Positions 29,301 to 36,770 of a stretch of 37,771 nt of DNA are shown in pieces. The translations under genes and the position numbers were made by a program. Under the pieces are notes generated by a model, which saw only the letters and a program-made list of their open reading frames with translations, made no database searches and was not told where the DNA came from. Positions within the stretch are counted from its first letter, which is position 1; each line of letters opens with the position of its first letter. The stretch comes from a virus (lineage: Duplodnaviria > Heunggongvirae > Uroviricota > Caudoviricetes): the IMG/VR virus record IMGVR_UViG_3300026533_000003, positions 1 through 37,771 of that record; one strand, written 5' to 3'.

Positions 29301-30976
29301 AAGGAGTTAAGGCAAGAGGTGTTAGCCTATCAGCTATGATACATGAAGAGATAGAGAATGCCCCACTAGGAGAGAAGATAGATTACTTCCAAGAGACTGC
29401 TAAGTTTAAGAAAGAGTTAGCAATGCAGGTTAAGGAGTATAATAGAGATAGACTTGGTGCTGATATGCAACCAGTATATAACAGTAATGGTGATATTGTG
29501 GACTTTAGAACTAATATGACTCATACAGAGAAGAAAGAGTTATTAGATATGGAAACTAGAGGTACACAGAACTTAGCTAGGACGTATGGTACATTTGGGA
29601 CAGCTAAGGCGACAGAAGAGCATAATAAGAAAGTTCTGCAAAACATTAAGAATGATGCAGATAAGTTTGCTAGTTCATTGCCAGGGGACTACGTTACAAT
29701 TAGACCAAGAGCCGCGCTGGGTAAGGAAGACTTTGGATTAGAAGGAGTTGTGCCTAAAGATGCTACACAAGAAGAACAGCTATGGGCTAGGCTACCGGCT
29801 AGTACTAAGAAAGCTGCTGCTGATTTATATGATGGTGAGAACAAGATAATTATTAGAAGGGATTTAGTGTTACCAGCATTTGGTGAGAATGATTTATCAG
29901 TATCTGATAGCCCATTTGGCAGGTTCTTTAGTAAGGCGGGTAGAAGAAACATTAAGCAGATTGAGAACTACTGGCAAGATCTAATGCAGATAGCTAAGGG
30001 TAATATCGTTATTAAGGTACCGGCAGTACTTATTGGTAACGTGGTATCTAACGCTAAAATACTATTCTATCTAGGAGTTAATCCTATTAAGGGTACCAAG
30101 CTATTGTTTTTAGGTGCTAGGGAATTAAAGAGGTATGAGAGTGATAATAAGGAGCTACAAGAGCTTAAAAGGGTTGAGGGGCTAAGTAGGACTAGTAAGA
30201 GTAATTCAATCCGTATAGAGGAGCTAGAGGCATCTCTAAAGCATAATATGGTTAGACCATTGATTGACGCTGGTATGTACCAGTCGATTGTAGAGGATGT
30301 AAGTACTAGGAAGGAGACTAATAGAGTTAGTGAAAGAGCTAATAAGTTGGTAGATAAGTACGTTACTAATAAGGGAGCTAATACTGCGGTACAGTACTTA
30401 TTCCTTACAGAGAAGACTAAGCCGTTCCAAGCAATGCTTAAAGCTACACAGGTATCAGACTTCTACTTTAGGTTTGCACAGTACTATGATACCATAGATA
30501 AATTGGAAGCACAGGCTGAGAGTGCTAATGCCGGTAATAAAAATGATGAGAAAAGGTTACGAGTAACACTTGCTGATTATATTTATGATGGAATACCTTT
30601 TAAGACTAGAAGAGGTAATGTGTCAGAGGAATTAATGGATGCTATTAAGTGGCACTCAATGAGAGAGATTACAGATAACTACATTAACTACGAAGCTCCT
30701 CTTAATGATAAGGTTAGGTATTGGGATAAGATGAACCCAGGGTTCGTTAGGTACTACACTAATATCCAGAGAGTTATTAAGAAGATAGCAAAGAAGAGCC
30801 CGGGAAGGGTCGCTAGTGACTTTGCACTGCAGTTAGTAATTGGAGATACTGATGGTATCGAAGATCAGACATTTATAGAGAAAGGGTTAAATCCTTATAC
30901 GTTTAAAACACTAGGGATGATTAAAGAGGCTATTATACCTCCTGGTCCAGAAGTTATAATGGCTTATGCTCGTTAG
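26384..30976 (+). CDS. Virion RNAP locus part C (equivalent to N4 vRNAP C-terminal domain) with HExxH zincin-like motif
   Basis: 1530 aa, TAGGAG RBS; VHELVHAAT (27371-27385) plus downstream LEEFMSHLLTN; C-terminal DNYINYE…FVRYY…IQRVI resembles the N4 vRNAP C-terminus. Confidence 0.78.
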   Translation: MACNKTAIIKDIEKRIARTLKAKNTGMSNDEIRAVAKADAPKMFREMQEEQMGDAADAKELSKPEIQKLNAARPHVKHTNGNTYVPVTVVGRASDGKINYTYPNGDKAYPIATDKVLLKAGPHDTAASQIVDTIPLYSISTAAANGASKDTNSDRTVTISKAVTEARARYTADPSTDNANHLANVEALNGLRNSFGKTIAKGVSPRKLQSAKDAGTKDEIEDFYFDEDGSMSKSENINAALTEWDKKKYGENFDVEHSKELGATLEAMVNAIEDLNKADVSITEAQLSSRAAKGEYSPFDNTIEIHVDSRHNGEFFRQRFTQTAQEVYVHELVHAATEFIFDGSREVQRDPTIAGMVASVKELYSSARKGLTSYEGLLPGYTDGSTTYSEYEVAQAKEKYDYIFNNKEGVGLEEFMSHLLTNKQFRLAMSNIDAISKATKDEDAGLIDKIINGFKDFLGRLVGFTTHKKNASITEAGTDLLFKVMKAHSDNAMKVASKHPARVAERATEYLDGVLNKSDEKLAGVADTVISTAMFEGTASKVEYYKQLAEDVQRVKDSKVTDPKEVEKIKKANEEKIAEKEKLFNDIGKLLGKVPDRNSKEYRSLVGKYIGLGITAAGMLKDLFIYARMLNKLRKLKEIDPKGYAQRMAKLDGFIKRVEKNVIAKILKDFSTKDLTYSTMTDAILKLTHDVDAMRESNYEDVLGASKEWFGRIEVNGEAFRKQNDALSDTILRTDIQSLGVDSKGLLELLEDSGKVYSEIKALAKVIKDKGMLEDALLAAEAMASGGGLITNPTNIASGFGRAIQSPDPKIVKALDRYISLKALELTSSEVKKTAADFISGRDYKRISESKLSKAGKKLKLIKGKEPMTQDEYTAQVQEGVNSFLQHSEGTDARSKEEMTGEEHNLIKGYMKESFDTGNELVIVPLRERVDLEKEGYKYVRDVKEHREGAEPYAIFTRRDGKTSRANGAIGLQGVKARGVSLSAMIHEEIENAPLGEKIDYFQETAKFKKELAMQVKEYNRDRLGADMQPVYNSNGDIVDFRTNMTHTEKKELLDMETRGTQNLARTYGTFGTAKATEEHNKKVLQNIKNDADKFASSLPGDYVTIRPRAALGKEDFGLEGVVPKDATQEEQLWARLPASTKKAAADLYDGENKIIIRRDLVLPAFGENDLSVSDSPFGRFFSKAGRRNIKQIENYWQDLMQIAKGNIVIKVPAVLIGNVVSNAKILFYLGVNPIKGTKLLFLGARELKRYESDNKELQELKRVEGLSRTSKSNSIRIEELEASLKHNMVRPLIDAGMYQSIVEDVSTRKETNRVSERANKLVDKYVTNKGANTAVQYLFLTEKTKPFQAMLKATQVSDFYFRFAQYYDTIDKLEAQAESANAGNKNDEKRLRVTLADYIYDGIPFKTRRGNVSEELMDAIKWHSMREITDNYINYEAPLNDKVRYWDKMNPGFVRYYTNIQRVIKKIAKKSPGRVASDFALQLVIGDTDGIEDQTFIEKGLNPYTFKTLGMIKEAIIPPGPEVIMAYAR

Positions 30977-31542
30977 GTATTCACATAGTTACAACAACCC
31001 TAGATGAGTAAGTGTGAATAACATGTGAATAGTCATAATATGTGAATAACTTTCAGTACTCATTTCTAGTGGCTTTAAGGTTTACCGGTGGCACTGGTGA
31101 TATGAGGTGGCAGCACCACAGTACTACTGGGGGCTCAGGCAAGTTAAGCATAATAACGGCTAATTACTGTATACTCTTCGTAAACTGAGTTTACTCAGTG
31201 GCTAGTAAAGTGCCTGCAGCAGGAGCTTAGGAGAGGGTTGGCAGAAGAAGGCTAAGGCTATATAAGAAATACTATCGTTAAGGTACCTTAGAGGCCTTGA
31301 AAGCTCCAGGAGTACTAGGGCTGGTATTAATAGCTATGATACCTTTAAGGTGCAGCTATGTAACTCTTACGGCTACTTACGTTGATGGCCAGAGTGCACT
31401 AGAGGCTACTTGGTCTAGTATACTACTTCAGGGATTGTAGGGTGTATTACTACTAAGTATATAGTATAGCATCTACCACTACACCTAGAGGTTATTCACA
31501 TTAATTACTACATTATTTTTGAGTTATTCACATCTATTCACA
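30977..31542. repeat. Non-coding convergent junction with seven DnaA-box-like 9-mers
   Basis: GTATTCACA 30977(+); TGTGAATAA 31013 and 31041; TGTGAATAG 31024; TTATTCACA 31492 and 31524; CTATTCACA 31534. Confidence 0.8.
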
Positions 31543-31543
31543 T

Positions 31544-32995
31544 CTACTTATATGGCTTCTTAGGGAGTTCTTTAGCATTCACTAGGAACTTCTTAGCCCT
31601 AGTACATGCTACATAGTATAGTAAGAACTCAGTATTGGCAGCATCTATCATAACTGCGTTATTAGTACGTTTACCGTCCTTATCCTTCTTTTTAGCTTTA
31701 ATTACAGCTTCATTCATATCAGGATCTATAACTACCTCGTCAGCTTCTAAGCCCTTCGATGAATGGGCAGTAGTGAATACTAGGGAATTACTATCAGAGA
31801 CTACACTCGCAGCATAGGATTCTAACCCTACTACACGGTCTCTGCCGAAGGTTGCTAAGACTTTTATTCCACGAACAACTTCATCATCATCTTTCATAGC
31901 AGCCTTTATATATGTTTGAATAGAGCCGTATTGGGATTGTAATGTAGCAGTCTTCTCATATCTTGCTCTAAGATTCTCTAGTACCCTATAGCGAGTATTA
32001 GTTATCTTCCTACCGTTATCAATGTTAGCCAGTATTAGAGGCAGTTCTAACATTACTTTAAGAGGCCTAGTAGTATTGAAGCTTTCGCCAAGGTCTTGCA
32101 TCTCTAGCATCTTAGCTATTAAAGTAGAGTTATACCTAGATATATACATAGTACTAGTAATAGTCTCATCAGTGCATTCAACACCTTCAAACTTAAAATC
32201 AATATCTACATACTGCTTCATAAAGGCTTCGACAGGTTTAGCAATCTTAGTTGAGACGCGGTAAGATTTAGTGAGAGGCAGTTCAACCCCTTCGTCTTTT
32301 AAGGCATGGAATCCGTTAATAGTATTGTTGAACTTGTATATGTTCTGGGCAATATCTCCGACCATTAGTTTTTTCTCCGCCTCTATTGCTCTGAATATAG
32401 CTAAGGATACTGGTGTAACATCTCCAGCTTCATCTAGTATAAGGAACCCTACTTTTGGAGGAACTATATTGCCTGATACTAGTAGCCCGTGAAACATTTT
32501 TAGGTAGAACGAATGGTTGCATGCGATAGCACCATTTGCCATTGAGTGTATATGCTCTTTTGCAGCATGTACTAAATCTTCATCAGTGTTATTAAACTCT
32601 TTTCTTGAAAAATACTCATCAGGGGTAGGTTCAGCACATAGGCAGAAGTCCTCTATCATAGAGGCGATTTCTTTTTTATCTTTAACAAGTCCTGAGTACC
32701 TTACATCACGGTAGTTAAACCATCCTACATTTAACCCATATTGGCGTACAACTGCCCGCCAGGCTAAGGAGTGTAGTGTACTACATTTAATCCCTGTTCC
32801 TTTGAACTTTTCAGCTGCTTCAGTTGCTATTGCTTTATTGTACGCTAGGTATTGACCATCTAGTTTAAGTGCCTTTGCAGCAGCTATGGCTAGGTGAGTT
32901 TTACCAGAGCCGGCCACTGCTGATGTCTTGACTAGGCGGGGACCTGGTTGTTGTAGTTCAGTTATTACTGCTTGTTGTTGTGGGGATAGTGACAT
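31544..32995 (-). CDS. Superfamily 1 (UvrD/Rep-like) DNA helicase
   Basis: AVAGSGKT, LAYNKA, STLHS, ILDEAGD, VGDIAQNIYKF, LTKSYR, TAHSSKGLE and YVACTRAK motifs. Confidence 0.9.
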   Translation of the reverse strand: MSLSPQQQAVITELQQPGPRLVKTSAVAGSGKTHLAIAAAKALKLDGQYLAYNKAIATEAAEKFKGTGIKCSTLHSLAWRAVVRQYGLNVGWFNYRDVRYSGLVKDKKEIASMIEDFCLCAEPTPDEYFSRKEFNNTDEDLVHAAKEHIHSMANGAIACNHSFYLKMFHGLLVSGNIVPPKVGFLILDEAGDVTPVSLAIFRAIEAEKKLMVGDIAQNIYKFNNTINGFHALKDEGVELPLTKSYRVSTKIAKPVEAFMKQYVDIDFKFEGVECTDETITSTMYISRYNSTLIAKMLEMQDLGESFNTTRPLKVMLELPLILANIDNGRKITNTRYRVLENLRARYEKTATLQSQYGSIQTYIKAAMKDDDEVVRGIKVLATFGRDRVVGLESYAASVVSDSNSLVFTTAHSSKGLEADEVVIDPDMNEAVIKAKKKDKDGKRTNNAVMIDAANTEFLLYYVACTRAKKFLVNAKELPKKPYK

Positions 32996-33055
32996 ATGTT
33001 ATTTCCTGTTATTTATTGTTAGTATAATAAGATACTCCAAAGAGTACCCTATATA

Positions 33056-33250
33056 CTACTTTTTTAAGAGAGTATCGAGTACCCAATCTGAGTACATAGC
33101 TTTGAGTTGCTTAGTCGCATTGATTGAGGCAGCATTTAAGTGCCCTCTACTTGCAAACATTAAGGCTCTACGCTCAGCTGCTGCTTTGTGGGTAGCTTCT
33201 GAGTTGTTGGGCCCGTCGTATTGAGTTACTGTTGGTTTTGCGTATTTCAT
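33056..33250 (-). CDS. Hypothetical protein (64 aa)
   Basis: Fills the gap between neighbouring same-strand genes; GAGGA RBS just upstream. Confidence 0.65.
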   Translation of the reverse strand: MKYAKPTVTQYDGPNNSEATHKAAAERRALMFASRGHLNAASINATKQLKAMYSDWVLDTLLKK

Positions 33251-33251
33251 A

Positions 33252-33764
33252 TTAATCCTCTATTGGTAGTGTTGGCTGTAGTGGTTTACGCTCGTCTAAG
33301 ATTGCTTGTAGCATCTCTTCCGGGCCTTTCCAGCCTTCTGGTTTAAGCTGTTTACCATGTTCATCTTTTGGTGCTCCTAGCTTACGCATATTGGCAGCAG
33401 TTACGATGTCCATCCCTAGGTCGATCTGCTCAGCAGTTAATCCCATTTTTGCTAGCTTCCCTGCGTGGAAGAACATTGCGTCTAGTGATTTATCGAATTC
33501 AGCAACTTCTGTAGGTAAGGGGATACCTCTTGCTTCAAAGGCTTGGTGTAAGTTATTGCATAGTCCTAAAGACCATTGACGAGCATTTACCCATTGCTTA
33601 TCTTCAGGAGTGATTGGTTCCCCTTTTTCGTTAGCCCCATTTAGTGCTGGTTCGTACCCTTCCATTGCTTCTTCAAAGATGTAAGCTGCCTCAGCAAACG
33701 AGTCCATAGGTTTTCCGAGGAGACCTGCTTTTGAGTTGAAGTCGATGATTGCTTGAGTGTTCAT
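33252..33764 (-). CDS. MazG-like / PRA-PH-like nucleoside triphosphate pyrophosphohydrolase
   Basis: IFEEAMEG, EFDKSLDAMFF and AANMRKL…DEHGKQLKPEGWKGPE, typical of the phage all-alpha NTP-PPase family. Confidence 0.78.
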   Translation of the reverse strand: MNTQAIIDFNSKAGLLGKPMDSFAEAAYIFEEAMEGYEPALNGANEKGEPITPEDKQWVNARQWSLGLCNNLHQAFEARGIPLPTEVAEFDKSLDAMFFHAGKLAKMGLTAEQIDLGMDIVTAANMRKLGAPKDEHGKQLKPEGWKGPEEMLQAILDERKPLQPTLPIED

Positions 33765-33907
33765 TTATGCTCCTCAATTATCACTGCGATATCTAGAAGA
33801 GATCTTAGGTACCCGGCTTGAATTGTATCTTCAGAGGATTGTAGGTCGGTTAAGATGCCTTCTAGGATTAGCTCTACTTGAGCAATTGTGTTTTTAGTTT
33901 CGTTCAT
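33761..33907 (-). CDS. Small hypothetical protein (48 aa) missing from the ORF track
   Basis: MNETKNTIAQVELILEGILTDLQSSEDTIQAGYLRSLLDIAVIIEEHK; its stop overlaps the next start (ATGA) and it supplies that gene's GAGGAG RBS; own RBS is weak. Confidence 0.55.
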   Translation of the reverse strand: MNETKNTIAQVELILEGILTDLQSSEDTIQAGYLRSLLDIAVIIEEHK

Positions 33908-33915
33908 CGTTTTAC

Positions 33916-34257
33916 TTATAATTCTTTCATGCGTTGCATGGCAGCTTCTAGCCTTCTGCTGGCTTCGTCCATACGACGGTCTAGGTCGGTTTGGTGTTCA
34001 GTTGATTCTGGTTCATCATCATCTAGGGTTGGCAGCTTTACTTTTATAGGGAACTTAATTAGCCAAAGGCTGATTAGTGTTGATCCTGCTGTAGCACTTA
34101 TAACACCTAGTTGGGAGCCCCCGAATACTATGTTCAGGGCGACTAGCATTGCTATATCTATGACAATATCCATATACATCTTTCGTTTCCACTTGTACCT
34201 TATTAGGACAAATTGGAATAGTACTGCTAGCCCAAGTCCGAAGACTACAAATCCCAC
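33916..34257 (-). CDS. Small membrane protein (2-3 hydrophobic segments, charged C-terminal tail)
   Basis: 113 aa; FVVFGLGLAVLFQFVLI and IVIDIAMLVALNIVFGG; start overlaps the upstream stop. Confidence 0.65.
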   Translation of the reverse strand: MGFVVFGLGLAVLFQFVLIRYKWKRKMYMDIVIDIAMLVALNIVFGGSQLGVISATAGSTLISLWLIKFPIKVKLPTLDDDEPESTEHQTDLDRRMDEASRRLEAAMQRMKEL

Positions 34258-34598
34258 TAGTTACCTTTTAAGGCTTCCACATCTTTTAGGAGCTGGAATA
34301 GTTGAGCTTGTTCACCACAAGTTTCTAATTGAATAGAACCTGCTAGCACACCATGCATGAAGTTGTGGATATAGATGTCGAATGCTTCAAGTGGTGTTGC
34401 ACCTACTGTCGCAGAAGCGTCTGGTTCTGAGTCATTCTCTAGCTGGTCACAGATACAAGTTACATACCCACAGTCATGGCAGCGTTCTTCATAATAGGGG
34501 TCACCCGGTGTGTCCTCATTATGTGTTTCAGATGCTGCTCTGGCTTCTTTAATTACGTCGACTAGTGCTTGTAAAAAGTCGGGGCGTTGTTCTTCCAT
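34257..34598 (-). CDS. Hypothetical protein with CxxC-x4-CxC motif
   Basis: 113 aa; RCHDCGYVTCICD; AAGGA RBS upstream. Confidence 0.65.
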   Translation of the reverse strand: MEEQRPDFLQALVDVIKEARAASETHNEDTPGDPYYEERCHDCGYVTCICDQLENDSEPDASATVGATPLEAFDIYIHNFMHGVLAGSIQLETCGEQAQLFQLLKDVEALKGN

Positions 34599-34601
34599 TT
34601 T

Positions 34602-35990
34602 TTATCCTTCTGTTTTTGATTCTGAGAATAGTCTCTCAGCGTAGGCAGCGAAATCAGATCTCACTACTTTAGTTAGCGGTATAACATGTTTGTTAATACC
34701 GTTACCTAGCTCAGTTGCACAATCGTTCAGGATTACGCTTAAGCCGTTGGTGTATTTAGTCATGTTAGGGTTGTCTATTTGGTTATTAGAGCCTATAAGG
34801 ATTATCTTACAGTTCTTACCAAATCTGGTTAGCATCTTTTGTAAGGATGCCTTAGACTGCCCTTGAACTTCATCGATAAGTACTACAGAGTCAGTGAAGG
34901 TTCTACCACGCATACCTAGACCAGTTAGCATTTCTATGCTATAGTCTTCAATATACTTCTCTACTTGTTCTTCTACTTTCTCCGTTAGCTCCCGACCCTT
35001 AGCCTTACCTCCGGCAAACTTAGCAGTCGCCATGTGGGTTAAAGAATCGTATAGGGGGTGAAAGTAGACAGCGTTCTTCTCTTCGGAAGTACCAGGTAAG
35101 AACCCTACCTCTTCTATATCTTCTACATCGTTTATAGATGCTCGAACATATAGGATAGAGTTGAATGGGTTGTTAACTTTAATTAGCCTCATAGCGTTGC
35201 TTAGAGACACTAAAGTCTTACCAGAGCCTGCTAGGGCTTCGGCTACTATTAAGTCCATAGTGGGGTCCTGAATGGCCCTAGAGAGTAGTAGTTGATCAGC
35301 ACCGCGAGGGTTAACTTCTTGGCGACGTAGCTCAGCTTCAGTATCTTTACCTAGGATGTTGATTGTCTCGTTATTAATAGAGGCAATCTTTATCTGGGCA
35401 GAGTCTGGGGTTGAGAACTTATAGTTGTAGTGTTCTACTAAGTGTTCAGGGTCTACTTCAAAGATGGAGCGATTGTGTAGAGTTTTAAATACACCTTCAG
35501 TTACCTCTAGGGTTTTAGTGAATTCGTAGTCTACCTTATCAACCACTTTGAAGTCGGTTACGTTTAGACCTAGGGACTCAGCCCTGATGCGACACATTAC
35601 ATCGTTAGACATAAAGGTTAGTCCGTTATCTAGGTAATTATTCATTACTCTAGCTGTTTCTATAATCTTACGATCATTTAAAACATTAGCAGCAACATCA
35701 GAGAAATCTGGGTAGGGCTCAATTGAGACTATCCAAATTTCTACTTCATTATGTTTTACTTTAACTATAGTGGCATTTTCGTAAGAGACCCTGCCTAGTT
35801 TATCAGTATCAGCCATCATACGGCCAAAGGATCTAGCTTGGTAGGCTAGCTCACCTAGGCCTGACTTCTTGGCGTCAAGCTCATCTATGACGGTCTCAGG
35901 TATGATTATGATAGAGTCTTGTCCTAGTGTTATAATGTTATTGGCATCTAGGAGTGGTATGTTGGTATCTATACAGATGTAGTTAGGCAT
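34602..35990 (-). CDS. phoH: PIN-PhoH fusion (PhoH2-like RNase/ATPase)
   Basis: N-terminal PIN domain (IDTN, ETVIDELD, NDRKII, SNDVMCRIRA); C-terminal PhoH (ALAGSGKT, GFLPG, MRGRTF, IDEVQ, GSNNQID, RSDFA). Confidence 0.85.
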   Translation of the reverse strand: MPNYICIDTNIPLLDANNIITLGQDSIIIIPETVIDELDAKKSGLGELAYQARSFGRMMADTDKLGRVSYENATIVKVKHNEVEIWIVSIEPYPDFSDVAANVLNDRKIIETARVMNNYLDNGLTFMSNDVMCRIRAESLGLNVTDFKVVDKVDYEFTKTLEVTEGVFKTLHNRSIFEVDPEHLVEHYNYKFSTPDSAQIKIASINNETINILGKDTEAELRRQEVNPRGADQLLLSRAIQDPTMDLIVAEALAGSGKTLVSLSNAMRLIKVNNPFNSILYVRASINDVEDIEEVGFLPGTSEEKNAVYFHPLYDSLTHMATAKFAGGKAKGRELTEKVEEQVEKYIEDYSIEMLTGLGMRGRTFTDSVVLIDEVQGQSKASLQKMLTRFGKNCKIILIGSNNQIDNPNMTKYTNGLSVILNDCATELGNGINKHVIPLTKVVRSDFAAYAERLFSESKTEG

Positions 35991-36708
35991 CTGATCTCCT
36001 AGCGTACCAGCCTTTAAATGCTTTGTTTGTTTTAAATGGGTTATCCATTTTAGTGTCCTTTTCTAAAGTTTTTCGGAGTGCTCTAAATGGCAGCCCGTGC
36101 TCTTCGCATGTCTTCTTAAAAGAGCCTGTACAAGAGTACATGAGGAGGTTACCGTTATTGTAAATATTAATAGTCAACGCTCTCCCATTACCTTTACCGC
36201 TGTTAGCCTTACTTATTTTAGCCTTAGTAGCAAGTGTATGGGTAGCTCCAAACATAGAGTTAGCAGAACCATTACATACGCAATGGTTATTAGAGATCTT
36301 AGCTTTTGATGCTTCCGAGTGCTCTTTACCATAGAAGGGATTCCCTTTACCAGTAAATAATTTACTAAGCTTTTTCTTTGTCTCCGCCGATACTTTCGTA
36401 CCGAACGTACTAAACTTGGTAGATGTTTGCACAGCCTTATTATAGAACGACTGGTTTACTGCTACGTTAAAATACTTATGCAGCTTAACTTCTTTAGCCA
36501 ATGCCAACTCTCTTGTAAGGTGCATACTGACCACCTTATACTTGTAATTAGCAGGATTAGCCTTCTGGTCTGTTTTAAACTGCTTATCTGAACTTGAGCT
36601 AAGGTAAGTGGTCCCTAGGTCATCCATTGGGGCACACCTAGAGCTTCTAACTCCATAGTAATGTTTACCCAGTACCTTGTTTGTTATTCTATACACGTAG
36701 TGATACAT
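35983..36708 (-). CDS. Free-standing GIY-YIG (Seg-like) homing endonuclease with NUMOD3 motifs
   Basis: YVYRITN…HYYGVRS…Y-SSS N-terminus; GKGNPFYGKEHSEASKAKIS and HTLATKAKISK NUMOD3-type repeats. Confidence 0.85.
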   Translation of the reverse strand: MYHYVYRITNKVLGKHYYGVRSSRCAPMDDLGTTYLSSSSDKQFKTDQKANPANYKYKVVSMHLTRELALAKEVKLHKYFNVAVNQSFYNKAVQTSTKFSTFGTKVSAETKKKLSKLFTGKGNPFYGKEHSEASKAKISNNHCVCNGSANSMFGATHTLATKAKISKANSGKGNGRALTINIYNNGNLLMYSCTGSFKKTCEEHGLPFRALRKTLEKDTKMDNPFKTNKAFKGWYARRSDA

Positions 36709-36723
36709 AAAAATCCTTTCAAA

Positions 36724-36756
36724 GATTATAGTGTAATCATACTTAAGTAAAGCTTA
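36724..36756 (-). promoter_or_regulatory. Promoter of the GIY-YIG endonuclease gene
   Basis: Minus strand reads TTAAGCTTTACTTAAGTATGATTACAC-TATAAT, then AAAGGA RBS. Confidence 0.65.
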
Positions 36757-36770
36757 ATAGCGCACTCATA

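Noticed and set aside
31102-31188. 28-codon mini-ORF in the convergent spacer
   Set aside because: No clear RBS and no recognisable features, so it was not called.
31290-31320. N4 vRNAP hairpin promoter (GAAGC-GGA-GCTTC type)
   Set aside because: AAAGCTCCAGGAG only partly resembles it and cannot form the same stem; no convincing copy was seen in the window.
30977-31542. CRISPR array or terminal-repeat junction
   Set aside because: Repeats are only 9-11 bp, irregularly spaced and in both orientations, with no cas genes. The site is a convergent junction like the internal one in N4, not where early genes would begin.
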